A stretch of DNA of 64,000 bases, from assembly GCA_016183365.1 (NCBI GenBank), contig JACPES010000005.1, forward strand, positions 5,895-69,894, given 5' to 3'. Positions 8,757 through 17,238 of the stretch are shown in pieces. Source of the DNA: Candidatus Collierbacteria bacterium (GTDB taxonomy: Bacteria; Patescibacteriota; Microgenomatia; UBA1400; JACPES01). The stretch's first letter is position 1. Each line of letters begins with the position of its first letter. Below the pieces are notes generated by a model. The model was not told the origin of the DNA. It made no database searches and saw only the letters and a program-made list of their open reading frames with translations. The position numbers were made by a program, and so were the translations under genes.

Positions 8757-9173
8757 CTATTGCCTATAAAGAGTTCTTCCTGGCGCCATCAATATTACCC
8801 TTCTCACCCATTCATACAGCCATCGCCAAGCCGCAGATGTCGGTTGTTTAGCCCCCTGCTGAAAATCTGACTGTGTCACCGGCAAGACAATATTTGGCTG
8901 CTGCGGGGTGAAAGGGGAAATCGTGACATTTTCGCCTTTATGTTTTCCGACTTCTATCGGCCCCGGCAGTTGGATTTCACCCCGGACGACTTTTTCGACG
9001 TGCTCGGCCAATTCCGGGCTGATTTCCGGAGATTCCGGAATGACCTCTATGTCCGCTTTTTGTTCAACAGCAGGTTCAGTTCCGGGGTTAATTTCCGGAT
9101 GGCCAGAGGAAACCGAAGATTGAGGTGAAAGTTTAGTTTGTTGATCTGCCAAAGAAGACTGAATAAGATCCAT
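8757..9173 (-). CDS. hypothetical CPR protein
   Basis: 138-aa ORF, disordered N-terminus, C-terminal WRWLYEW helix. Confidence 0.65.
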   Translation of the reverse strand: MDLIQSSLADQQTKLSPQSSVSSGHPEINPGTEPAVEQKADIEVIPESPEISPELAEHVEKVVRGEIQLPGPIEVGKHKGENVTISPFTPQQPNIVLPVTQSDFQQGAKQPTSAAWRWLYEWVRRVILMAPGRTLYRQ

Positions 9174-9318
9174 ACCCTAATGGTAGCACAAAAAATGCGA
9201 GGGGGACAAAATTCAGTTACGGGTCTTTCGTTTGGTTGAACCCGAGTCTTTGTAGAAAGCGATATAAACTAGAAGTGCCATAATCATGGTTAACGCGAAC
9301 GCAATCGAAGCTCTAATA

Positions 9319-9569
9319 TTAATGTCCCACACGTTTGGCATTTTTCCTCCTCTTAGACCATTTTTTCAGCCTGACAGCTACAGCCAAACTAACTATACCA
9401 TTGACTATATTTTGCGTCAAGACTATCAAGTTGAACGGAAACTCGAGTCCGGTAAAATTCGGCACGATTGTTACCGAACCAAACCACCCCGCCGCCAAAT
9501 TGATTAACAAATCCGCGATCGCTTACAGCCAATCTGCACCCGGCAATTTTCTCCGAAAATTCACCATAA
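9319..9569 (-). pseudogene. small membrane protein with internal stop
   Basis: MVNFRRKLPGADWL*AIADLLINLAAGWFG... in one frame. Confidence 0.35.
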
Positions 9570-9593
9570 TAATGGTAACATAAAAAAAGAGTT

Positions 9594-11210
9594 ATGAAAA
9601 CCAAGTGGGCAATTCTAATATTAATTTTGGCCGGACTTATTGCTTACGGCAATACTTTAAAAAATGGCTTATTTTGGGACGATGATGAGTTTATTACCAG
9701 AAACGCCTACATCCGGTCTTTCCGCTATCTGCCGCAATGGTTCAGCCAACCGCTGACCGCCGGGGCCGGAGTAAATTCCAACTACTACTGGCCGCTACTG
9801 CAATTATCTTTTGCGGTTGATTACAAACTTTGGGGGTTGTGGCCGGCGGGGTATCACTTTGAGAATTTGCTATGGCATACGGCCGCAGCAATTCTTTTGT
9901 ATTTTTTCCTAAAAGAATTGCTGCAGAAATTCAGTATTCAGCATTCAGTATTCAGTATTGCATCGCTAATCGCTTTCGCGACATCTTTGCTCTGGCTCGT
10001 TCACCCTGCCCAAGTCGAAGCCGTGGCGTACGCTAACTCCCGCGGCGATTCGATGGCGACAGTATTCATTTTGCTGTCGCTGATTTTGTGGATGAGAAAC
10101 AAAATTAAAGGCAGCGCCATAGCTTTCATCTTGGCTTTACTCTCTAAAGAATTCGCCATCATTACCCCGGGACTTATGACCCTGATAAGTTTCGTAAACT
10201 TAACAAATGAGAAGTTTACTGTAAAGGAGACTCCTCGATGTACGTCAAGGAGTCTCCTTATTATGTTTATAATTGCCACTATTTATATTATCCTCCGCCT
10301 CACCGTCCTTAACTTTCAAAACACCCTCAATTTCTACGGTATTGATACGGCCAAAGTTGACCGCAGCCAGCCATTGGCCGTCTACGCCACTTCCCTGCCG
10401 ACGCGGCTAATGACATTTCTAAAAGTTTTACCTATCTATGGGAGCATCCTTATCTGGCCGAATGATTTGCATATGGAGAGAACGGTAAAAATTGCAACAA
10501 TTGCCGCAGATAAAACGGTAATTATAGTCGCGACAGTTATAATTGTTACATTGTTAAATTGCTACATTGCTATCAAAAGAAAAAGGCTTCTCCTGCCTTT
10601 CGCGGTCGGTTGGTTTATGATTTCCATTCTCACCGTCTCCGGCCTGATCCCCATCTCCCAAATCCTGGCGGAACATTTTCTTTATCTACCCAGTATTGGT
10701 TTCTTCCTGCTGGTATCTTGGCTTATCGTTTCTACTATCACCACAACCATAAAATCTAAAAAATGGCAGAGAATCTCATTGCTCATTGTTTTCTGCTCAT
10801 TGCTCATTCCTCTATTGTTCAAAACCATCCGCCAAAACCGGATTTGGCGCGACCCGATTACTTTTTACGAGTACACTCTGTCGCGAACCGTCCCGACAGT
10901 TAGGATTTATAACAATCTGGCTATGGCCTATGCCGATGCCGGAAAACATCAAAAAGCAATTAACAATTACCAATTAGCAATTGAGCTTGGCGACGTTTAC
11001 CCCAATCCTCATTACAACATGGGAAATACGTTAATAGAAATGGGCAAAATCGAAGAAGCGGAAAGAGAGTACAAACGAGCTTTAGAGATTGATCCAAATT
11101 TCCACTATGCTACGTTGAAGTTGGGGCAGATATATATTGATCGGGGAAAAATTGAGGATGCCAAAAAACTGGTCTGTCCGTTCTTCCCCGCCCAACTCCT
11201 ATGCTTGTAA
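9594..11210 (+). CDS. TMTC-like GT-C glycosyltransferase with C-terminal TPRs
   Basis: FWDD, HPAQVEAVAY, LSKE, AEHFLYLPS and TPR repeats; carries in-frame repeat inserts. Confidence 0.85.
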   Translation: MKTKWAILILILAGLIAYGNTLKNGLFWDDDEFITRNAYIRSFRYLPQWFSQPLTAGAGVNSNYYWPLLQLSFAVDYKLWGLWPAGYHFENLLWHTAAAILLYFFLKELLQKFSIQHSVFSIASLIAFATSLLWLVHPAQVEAVAYANSRGDSMATVFILLSLILWMRNKIKGSAIAFILALLSKEFAIITPGLMTLISFVNLTNEKFTVKETPRCTSRSLLIMFIIATIYIILRLTVLNFQNTLNFYGIDTAKVDRSQPLAVYATSLPTRLMTFLKVLPIYGSILIWPNDLHMERTVKIATIAADKTVIIVATVIIVTLLNCYIAIKRKRLLLPFAVGWFMISILTVSGLIPISQILAEHFLYLPSIGFFLLVSWLIVSTITTTIKSKKWQRISLLIVFCSLLIPLLFKTIRQNRIWRDPITFYEYTLSRTVPTVRIYNNLAMAYADAGKHQKAINNYQLAIELGDVYPNPHYNMGNTLIEMGKIEEAEREYKRALEIDPNFHYATLKLGQIYIDRGKIEDAKKLVCPFFPAQLLCL

Positions 11211-11297
11211 GGTATCTGATACTTTACACATAGCCCAACTTTCTTAATGTATCTTTATGATTTGGGCAGGAGCCCATCGGCCTTTGGTCGAAAAACC

Positions 11298-11825
11298 CTA
11301 TCGATGTCCCAGTGTGTAAAGTGTGTCTAAGTGATTAAATCCAATATTCTGCGGTAGTTTTTTGAAGAATTTAATCTCGGCTGTGTCATCGGCAGGCTTG
11401 GAAGGCCAGGCCTTTCCCGGAAAGGCCTGGCCTTTTTGATCTGGTTTGATGGTGCATCGATATACTAAGTCGACTACGTGACCGCGCGGATCACCGGTTA
11501 GATCGTCAAATGCTTCGGCCAACTTCACATTCTCAACTTTTATCCCCAATTCTTCCTTTGCCACCCGCTTAACGCAATTCATTAACGCTTCGCCTTTCAA
11601 AACAAAACTCCCCGGCAAATGCCAGTAGCCGGCAAACGGCAGCCTTTTGCGTTTGGTCAGCAATACTGCTTTGCTGTTAAGTTTCGCAAACTTCACATTA
11701 GCGGAAGTTTGCGAAACTTCTATATCTTGCTCAATCAGGAGATTCACGGCCACCCGCGGCGCGTATTTAAAACTTCTAAGAAACGTTTGAAAGGGAAGTT
11801 TCTTGGGATTCATATCAATAATCAA
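11298..11825 (-). CDS. NUDIX hydrolase
   Basis: WHLPGSFVLKGE...RVAKEELG Nudix box and DPRGH; two in-frame palindromic inserts. Confidence 0.88.
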   Translation of the reverse strand: MIIDMNPKKLPFQTFLRSFKYAPRVAVNLLIEQDIEVSQTSANVKFAKLNSKAVLLTKRKRLPFAGYWHLPGSFVLKGEALMNCVKRVAKEELGIKVENVKLAEAFDDLTGDPRGHVVDLVYRCTIKPDQKGQAFPGKAWPSKPADDTAEIKFFKKLPQNIGFNHLDTLYTLGHR

Positions 11826-12459
11826 GACCCATAACGGCTTTACGGCCAGAATCGAACGGATGTTTGATATTTTTCATCTCCGTTACCAGTTCGGCCAAAT
11901 CAATCAACTGTTTCGGCGCGTTTCTGCCGGTCAAAATAATATGCGTCTGCCCGCGTTTAGAAATTAGATCAATTAAGTCAATCAGATCAATTAATTTATC
12001 ATTGACAGCGTTGATGGCTTCGTCGAGGATTAAAAGAAATAAATGGTTGGGATGGCTTAAATGGTTAAAAGATTTTGTAGCCCTTGTAGCCATTTTGATC
12101 ATTTTTCCGCTTAATAATTCTCTCGTTAATTCCAGCGCTTCTCCCGCCGCTTTCCGGTGTTCATTTGCGCTTGCATGATCCGTCGGCAATTTATAAAATC
12201 CCAGCCCCATTGGATAAATTTCAAAGCTCCCGATTTCCCTTCTTGTGCTTTTTTGTGCTTTTTTGTGCTTTTTTGTGCTTGCCAGCATTTCCGGCAAATT
12301 ATGCTCGCCGATCCTCCATCGTTTCTCCTTATACCATTGGATCATCGCCACCCGCTTCCCCTGCCCCACCGCTCTCATCGCCACCCCAAGCGCTGCACTC
12401 GTTTTCCCCTTTCCATTCCCAGTAAAAATATAAACCAATCCGATGGCATTATCTTTCAT
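11815..12459 (-). CDS. cobO: cob(I)alamin adenosyltransferase (CobA/CobO/BtuR)
   Basis: FTGNGKGKTSAALG, ILDE, LTGR, VTEM..IKHPF..G..A..G.DY. Confidence 0.92.
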   Translation of the reverse strand: MKDNAIGLVYIFTGNGKGKTSAALGVAMRAVGQGKRVAMIQWYKEKRWRIGEHNLPEMLASTKKHKKAQKSTRREIGSFEIYPMGLGFYKLPTDHASANEHRKAAGEALELTRELLSGKMIKMATRATKSFNHLSHPNHLFLLILDEAINAVNDKLIDLIDLIDLISKRGQTHIILTGRNAPKQLIDLAELVTEMKNIKHPFDSGRKAVMGLDY

Positions 12460-12528
12460 TCCCTTATCTTAACACTCGGAAAAGTTATTTTTTATCGTCG
12501 TCTTCCCCGCATCCGCAAGTAGAACACA

Positions 12529-13245
12529 TTATAACCACCCCCCTCCGATTATTAATCCTACAATATAGGCGGCCGCAGCCGCAGTCCCACCGATCAGTAG
12601 CATTTCAATCCCTGACTTGAACCAGTTTTTACCGGTAATCCAGGATCTGGCTGAGCCGACTGAAAATAAAGCCAGAGCCGTAGCCAATATGGCGGCGTAA
12701 AATTTATTAATTGAAAAGTTGAAAACATACGGAATTAATGGCAAAAATCCCGCTGCCACAAAAGCTATAAAGGTGGCAAAAGCGTGACTAATCGGAAAAG
12801 ATTTTTGGGCGGGGATAATTCCCAACTCCCAAACCATCATTTCGTCCACCCAAACCCGTTTTTTTGAAGTGATAATTTTTTCCCATTCGGAAATTCTATC
12901 CGCCGGAATTCCCCTTTTAACGGCTATATTTCTGATTTCCTCCCTCTCTTTTTCCGGAATCTCTCCAATCTCTTTTTCTTCTATCGTCAGGCTATTTTTT
13001 TCAAAATCCGCCTGGCTTTTCGAGCCTAAGTAACTGCCCAAGGCCATGGCTAATCCGTCAGCCAACATGTTGGCTAGCCCCAAAATAATTACTACCGATG
13101 ATCCCATCCCGGCTCCGGCCGCACCGGCTGCCACCGCGAAAGTCGTTATCAGTCCGTCGTTGGCGGAAAACACCACGTCCTTAATATAATTTCCGCCTCT
13201 GGTTATATGAAGCTCTCCCTCGGAATTCCGTTTTAAATTGATCAT
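12529..13245 (-). CDS. VIT1/CCC1 family metal transporter
   Basis: DVVFSANDGLIT, ANMLADGLAMALGSYL, GFLPLIPY. Confidence 0.9.
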   Translation of the reverse strand: MINLKRNSEGELHITRGGNYIKDVVFSANDGLITTFAVAAGAAGAGMGSSVVIILGLANMLADGLAMALGSYLGSKSQADFEKNSLTIEEKEIGEIPEKEREEIRNIAVKRGIPADRISEWEKIITSKKRVWVDEMMVWELGIIPAQKSFPISHAFATFIAFVAAGFLPLIPYVFNFSINKFYAAILATALALFSVGSARSWITGKNWFKSGIEMLLIGGTAAAAAYIVGLIIGGGWL

Positions 13246-13350
13246 GGGAATAATCTATCATTTTCCGCCTTCGCTTGCCATTCGCCTTTAGCAGAACTAT
13301 CCGTTCACGGCTCCTCACTGACGCTTCCCGCTCGGCTTTTCAGTACTATT

Positions 13351-13449
13351 CGTACACGCCTCGTGGAGCGCGTCTTGTGTGGGGCAGGCATGGCGCGCTA
13401 TCCGGCGGATTTGTTGCTCCTGCTGATTTTTCTTCCAGAAAAATCAGGG
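13351..13449 (+). repeat. dispersed non-coding element, homologous to 54953-55025 (inverted)
   Basis: Shared CGT.CACGC.TCG.G.AG.GCGTC...GGGG...TGGCG.G and CCTGCTGATTTTTC-N-GAAAAATCAGGG hairpin. Confidence 0.6.
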
Positions 13450-13460
13450 ATCAACGAAAA

Positions 13461-13492
13461 TAATTAACGCATAATTAACGCATAATTAACGC
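13461..13492. repeat. three tandem 11-mers ATAATTAACGC
   Basis: Direct reading. Confidence 0.8.
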
Positions 13493-13614
13493 AAGGGGAT
13501 TTTTAAGGCTAAAATACCGCCCCAGCGCCCATCCCAGTAGTACGTTGCTTGCTCCCCCCGATTTAATCGGGACGTCGCAAGGGCGCGACTACGGGACTTC
13601 GCTAGTTTGAATTT

Positions 13615-16170
13615 TTATAACGAACATTTTGAGTATCCACAAGAGTAACAAGTGCTGCACCCACTCTCGGAAGTCATTGCCGCTCCGCATTCCGGACAAT
13701 GGCCGTCGGCCAAATCCTCGGTGATCCGCCGTCTTTCAACCTGATATGCCCTTTGGGACAACGGCGTAATCTTCATCTGACTTTGCATCAGGCGTTGAGA
13801 TTGTTGATTGTTTTTCTCATCTTTCACATCCGCGGCAGTTTTTAATATTTGATTTTCTCTTGATCCGTCGCGATAGACGGTGATGCCTTTGCATCCAAGT
13901 TTCCAAGCGAGTAAATAAGCTTTTTCTACGTCTTTGACTGTGGCGGCACGGGAAAAATTAATGGTCTTGCTGACAGCGTTGTCAGTATATTTTTGAAACG
14001 CGGCCTGCATTTTAACGTGCCAGTCGGGAGAGATTTGGCGGGCGGTGCGGAAGATAGAAGATAAAATAGTCGAATGGTTAAGAGTGTTAAGAGTGTTAGG
14101 ATTGTTATCTACCCGATAACCATCTTTACCATCTCCACCATCTTGCCATCTTTCTATCTCTTTCTTCGCTTTTTCATAATACTTATTCGTATACCTCAAC
14201 CCTTCTTTCTCCACCACGTTTTTTGTATATTCCAAAGCAAAGTATGGTTCTATCCCCGATGAACAACCGGCAATCATGGAGATCGTCCCTGTCGGGGCGA
14301 TAGTTGTTATCGCCACGTTACGCACTTTTCGTCTGCGGCCAAACGGATTCTTGACGCTATTGAAATACGACTGTTTCCAGAGGGGGAATTCCGCCTTTTC
14401 TTTGGATAACTTCTCGCTCTCGTCCCAACTGATTTGCTGAATAAATTTCATGATCGATTCAGCTAATTTTATTCCTTCATCGCTGTCATAGCTTACGCCT
14501 AATTTAACCAACATATCCGCCCAGCCCATCACCCCAAGACCAATCCGCCGGAGTTTATGTGCCATATCGGCAATCTGTGGAATGGGATAGGTTGAGGCAT
14601 CTATGCCGTCGTCAAGAAAGCGGACCGCGGTGCGGATAACCTCTTCAAGACGGGACCGGTTAATATTGTCCAGAACACTCTGAAAACTCTGAAAGCCAGA
14701 CTGTCGGATAATCGGAGAATCGGAATGCCAGATTTTCTGGCTTTCCGGACCCCCGAGTTTTCCGAGTTTTCCGGAATCTTCCCAGAATGGTTTAATCACA
14801 AACTTCGCCAGATTTATGCTACCAAGGTTGCAAACGTCAAAAGGAAACAGAGGCTGTTCACCACATACATTTGTCGCATCTATCCGCCATTTTTTGATTA
14901 GAGGGTTATATTTATTGATAGTATCCAGATAAATCATCCCCGGGTCTCCGGTTAAGTGGGCTAAATTGATCATCTCATTCCATAGCCTCCGGGCCGAAAT
15001 TTTTTGGACCGTTGAGTCGTCGCGAGGATTAACCAATCCCCAGTCGGAATTTTTTTCTACCGCACTCATGAATCTATCAAAAGCGCCGACAGAAATATTG
15101 AAATTGCTAATTTCTCCGTCAACGGATTTGGCGCGGATAAATTCAAAAATATCCGGATGGTCAACGTTTAGGATCCCCATATTGGCGCCGCGGTGTTCGC
15201 CGCCCTGCATCACAATTTGGGTTTCGGCGTCAAACGCTTTCATAAAATTAATCGGACCGGAAGATAAGCCTCCGGAACGGACCGTATCGCCGCGGGGACG
15301 CAAATGAGAAAAATTAAAACCGGTTCCGCCGCCCATTTGATGGATCAGCGCCGCCCATTTGACGGCGTCGAAAATCTTCTCGATTGAATCCTCAACCGGT
15401 AAAACAAAACAATTGGCCAAAGATCCGTTCTGCTTATTTCCTGCCCCCCGGAAATAACACCCGGCCGGAACAAATTCAAAAAAGGTCATAATTTCCAGGT
15501 ACTTGTCCCACCAGTTATGTCTGGAAAGGCCAGGCCTTTTCAAAAAAGGCCTGGCCTTTTTTGATATCTTTTGTTCTACTTCGGCTTTCTCTGTTACAAC
15601 CACAGCGTCTGCGACGCGCCTCATTGCCTCCATGGGTGTTTCGATCACATTCCCCTCTTTATCTTTCCACAAATATCGTTTGGCCATGGCGGCATAGGCG
15701 TTATCCGACATACCAAGGCGAGAAGTGTCTGATAATTGAGAAGTACCAGATACTTCTCGTTGGGCTGCGCGCCGGTTCCGATAAAGAATGTAGGCCTGGG
15801 CCGCATCTTGGTGTCCGGCGGCCAGCAACACCTGTTCGACGATATCCTGAATTTCCTCGACTGTCCACTGATTATGACCGTTGGAACGAATCAGGGTATC
15901 CTCGACGATTTTGGCGAAGCGCTCCGCCTCTTTCCACAACGAAGATTGTTTGTCGGCTTTTTGTCGGGGAACTTCAGTCTCGGCGGCCCGACGGGCAATT
16001 TCGTCAACTCCGGTGATTTGGGAGAATTTTTTTCTTACTTGGGAAACCGCCCACAGCGACTGCCAAGCTGCCATGGTAATTTTGCCGCGGTCGTACTTTT
16101 GTTTCCGGCCGTCGCGCTTGAGGATGGTGTAAATTGGCCTATTGGTTTCTCCGGGTTTTTTATTTGACAT
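13615..16170 (-). CDS. nrdJ: class II (AdoCbl-dependent) ribonucleotide reductase with N-terminal ATP cone, paralogue 1
   Basis: ILKRDGR ATP cone, ANCFV, ATNVCGEQ, CNLGSINL, TIAPTGT, YRDGSR, C-terminal Cys cluster. Confidence 0.93.
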   Translation of the reverse strand: MSNKKPGETNRPIYTILKRDGRKQKYDRGKITMAAWQSLWAVSQVRKKFSQITGVDEIARRAAETEVPRQKADKQSSLWKEAERFAKIVEDTLIRSNGHNQWTVEEIQDIVEQVLLAAGHQDAAQAYILYRNRRAAQREVSGTSQLSDTSRLGMSDNAYAAMAKRYLWKDKEGNVIETPMEAMRRVADAVVVTEKAEVEQKISKKARPFLKRPGLSRHNWWDKYLEIMTFFEFVPAGCYFRGAGNKQNGSLANCFVLPVEDSIEKIFDAVKWAALIHQMGGGTGFNFSHLRPRGDTVRSGGLSSGPINFMKAFDAETQIVMQGGEHRGANMGILNVDHPDIFEFIRAKSVDGEISNFNISVGAFDRFMSAVEKNSDWGLVNPRDDSTVQKISARRLWNEMINLAHLTGDPGMIYLDTINKYNPLIKKWRIDATNVCGEQPLFPFDVCNLGSINLAKFVIKPFWEDSGKLGKLGGPESQKIWHSDSPIIRQSGFQSFQSVLDNINRSRLEEVIRTAVRFLDDGIDASTYPIPQIADMAHKLRRIGLGVMGWADMLVKLGVSYDSDEGIKLAESIMKFIQQISWDESEKLSKEKAEFPLWKQSYFNSVKNPFGRRRKVRNVAITTIAPTGTISMIAGCSSGIEPYFALEYTKNVVEKEGLRYTNKYYEKAKKEIERWQDGGDGKDGYRVDNNPNTLNTLNHSTILSSIFRTARQISPDWHVKMQAAFQKYTDNAVSKTINFSRAATVKDVEKAYLLAWKLGCKGITVYRDGSRENQILKTAADVKDEKNNQQSQRLMQSQMKITPLSQRAYQVERRRITEDLADGHCPECGAAMTSESGCSTCYSCGYSKCSL
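14670..14778. repeat. family A in-frame inverted-repeat element (in nrdJ1)
   Basis: CAGAACACTCTGAAAACTC...GAGTTTTCCGAGTTTTCCG; encodes SGKLGKLGGPESQKIWHSDSPIIRQSGFQSFQSVL. Confidence 0.85.
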
Positions 16171-16198
16171 TATCTAGATAGAGCATATAATAAATTTA

Positions 16199-16945
16199 TT
16201 AACTCGTTTGGGATGGACGCTTGCGTCGGTTCCGACGGGTTTTTTCTTGCCAAAATCTTGTCTTGATCTGTTTCCATTTGATCACTCTTTCGGAAACAAT
16301 TTTAGTTCTAATTATTTGATAGAAAACGTTATCCTTTCCTGTCTGCGCCCATAACACGCTCCCGGCCACCATATCAGCAACATTAACCAGCGGTTCCGTT
16401 TGACTATCAACATGAACCGGCGATAACGGCTCGTCCAATAGACTAGTTAATACTTGATTAAATTTGTCTTGATCTATGGTTCTTTGAAAATGGCGGTCGA
16501 GAACGACGTGTTTAATCTGATGTTGATAGTATAAAAGACAATCTTCAAGCAGCAACCAGCAAAGAAGGGCAAAATTCTCCGGAGAATCGGTTATGCTTTG
16601 ATTTTGTTTTTCAACGATTAAAACAAAAATCTCTACGTCTTGAGCAGCCAATTTTTCCAGAAATTTTTTCTTAGTTCTGTCGCCGGCTCGATAAAACTTG
16701 ATTTCCGGCGGATTACTCTTGGCGTAATGTTTCCTGATAATTTTAGTCATGGATTTAAGTCGCTGGGGTGTTTGAGTTGATATGGCAGCTACAACCACAG
16801 CCGGATCCCGGGGATCGGGTAAAGTCCCGGATTCATCCAGATAAACAGTTCTGCCTACTCGCCTGTATTCAACCGCGGTGGGAAGCCGAGGAAATTTCCG
16901 CCCGTCGCGCTTGAGGATGATGGAAATTAACTTTTGGGATTTCAT
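16199..16945 (-). CDS. DUF3800 family protein
   Basis: VYLDESG N-terminal motif and DS...L..ADMVAG C-terminal motif; the first ~20 codons derive from a duplicated nrdJ start. Confidence 0.8.
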   Translation of the reverse strand: MKSQKLISIILKRDGRKFPRLPTAVEYRRVGRTVYLDESGTLPDPRDPAVVVAAISTQTPQRLKSMTKIIRKHYAKSNPPEIKFYRAGDRTKKKFLEKLAAQDVEIFVLIVEKQNQSITDSPENFALLCWLLLEDCLLYYQHQIKHVVLDRHFQRTIDQDKFNQVLTSLLDEPLSPVHVDSQTEPLVNVADMVAGSVLWAQTGKDNVFYQIIRTKIVSERVIKWKQIKTRFWQEKTRRNRRKRPSQTS

Positions 16946-16953
16946 TTGGTATA

Positions 16954-17223
16954 TTGATTTATATTATGCCAGCTGGAATTAATGGATCTGAAGAAGATCA
17001 GGGAATATCGCGTCAAGAAACAGACCAGCCCGAAACATCCGAATCGGCAAGAACGTCGTTCCTAACATACATGGCATTTGGGATGCTGGCAATAAATGGG
17101 GCAATTGAAGTCGCCAATGGAATAGCCATGGATGACGGATCGAAAATGTTCTACGGAGGTGTTGACATATTAATTGCTGCTTTGGCATATTTTGCTACTC
17201 CGCATAGATACCGACGTGTTTAG
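16954..17223 (+). CDS. small two-TM hypothetical protein
   Basis: ORF with two hydrophobic segments. Confidence 0.5.
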   Translation: MIYIMPAGINGSEEDQGISRQETDQPETSESARTSFLTYMAFGMLAINGAIEVANGIAMDDGSKMFYGGVDILIAALAYFATPHRYRRV

Positions 17224-17238
17224 TAGGTGTATCTTTTT

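Noticed and set aside
13275-13610. Group II intron fragment or metal riboswitch upstream of VIT1
   Set aside because: Only vague resemblance; no domain V or recognisable aptamer core. Kept only as a dispersed element.
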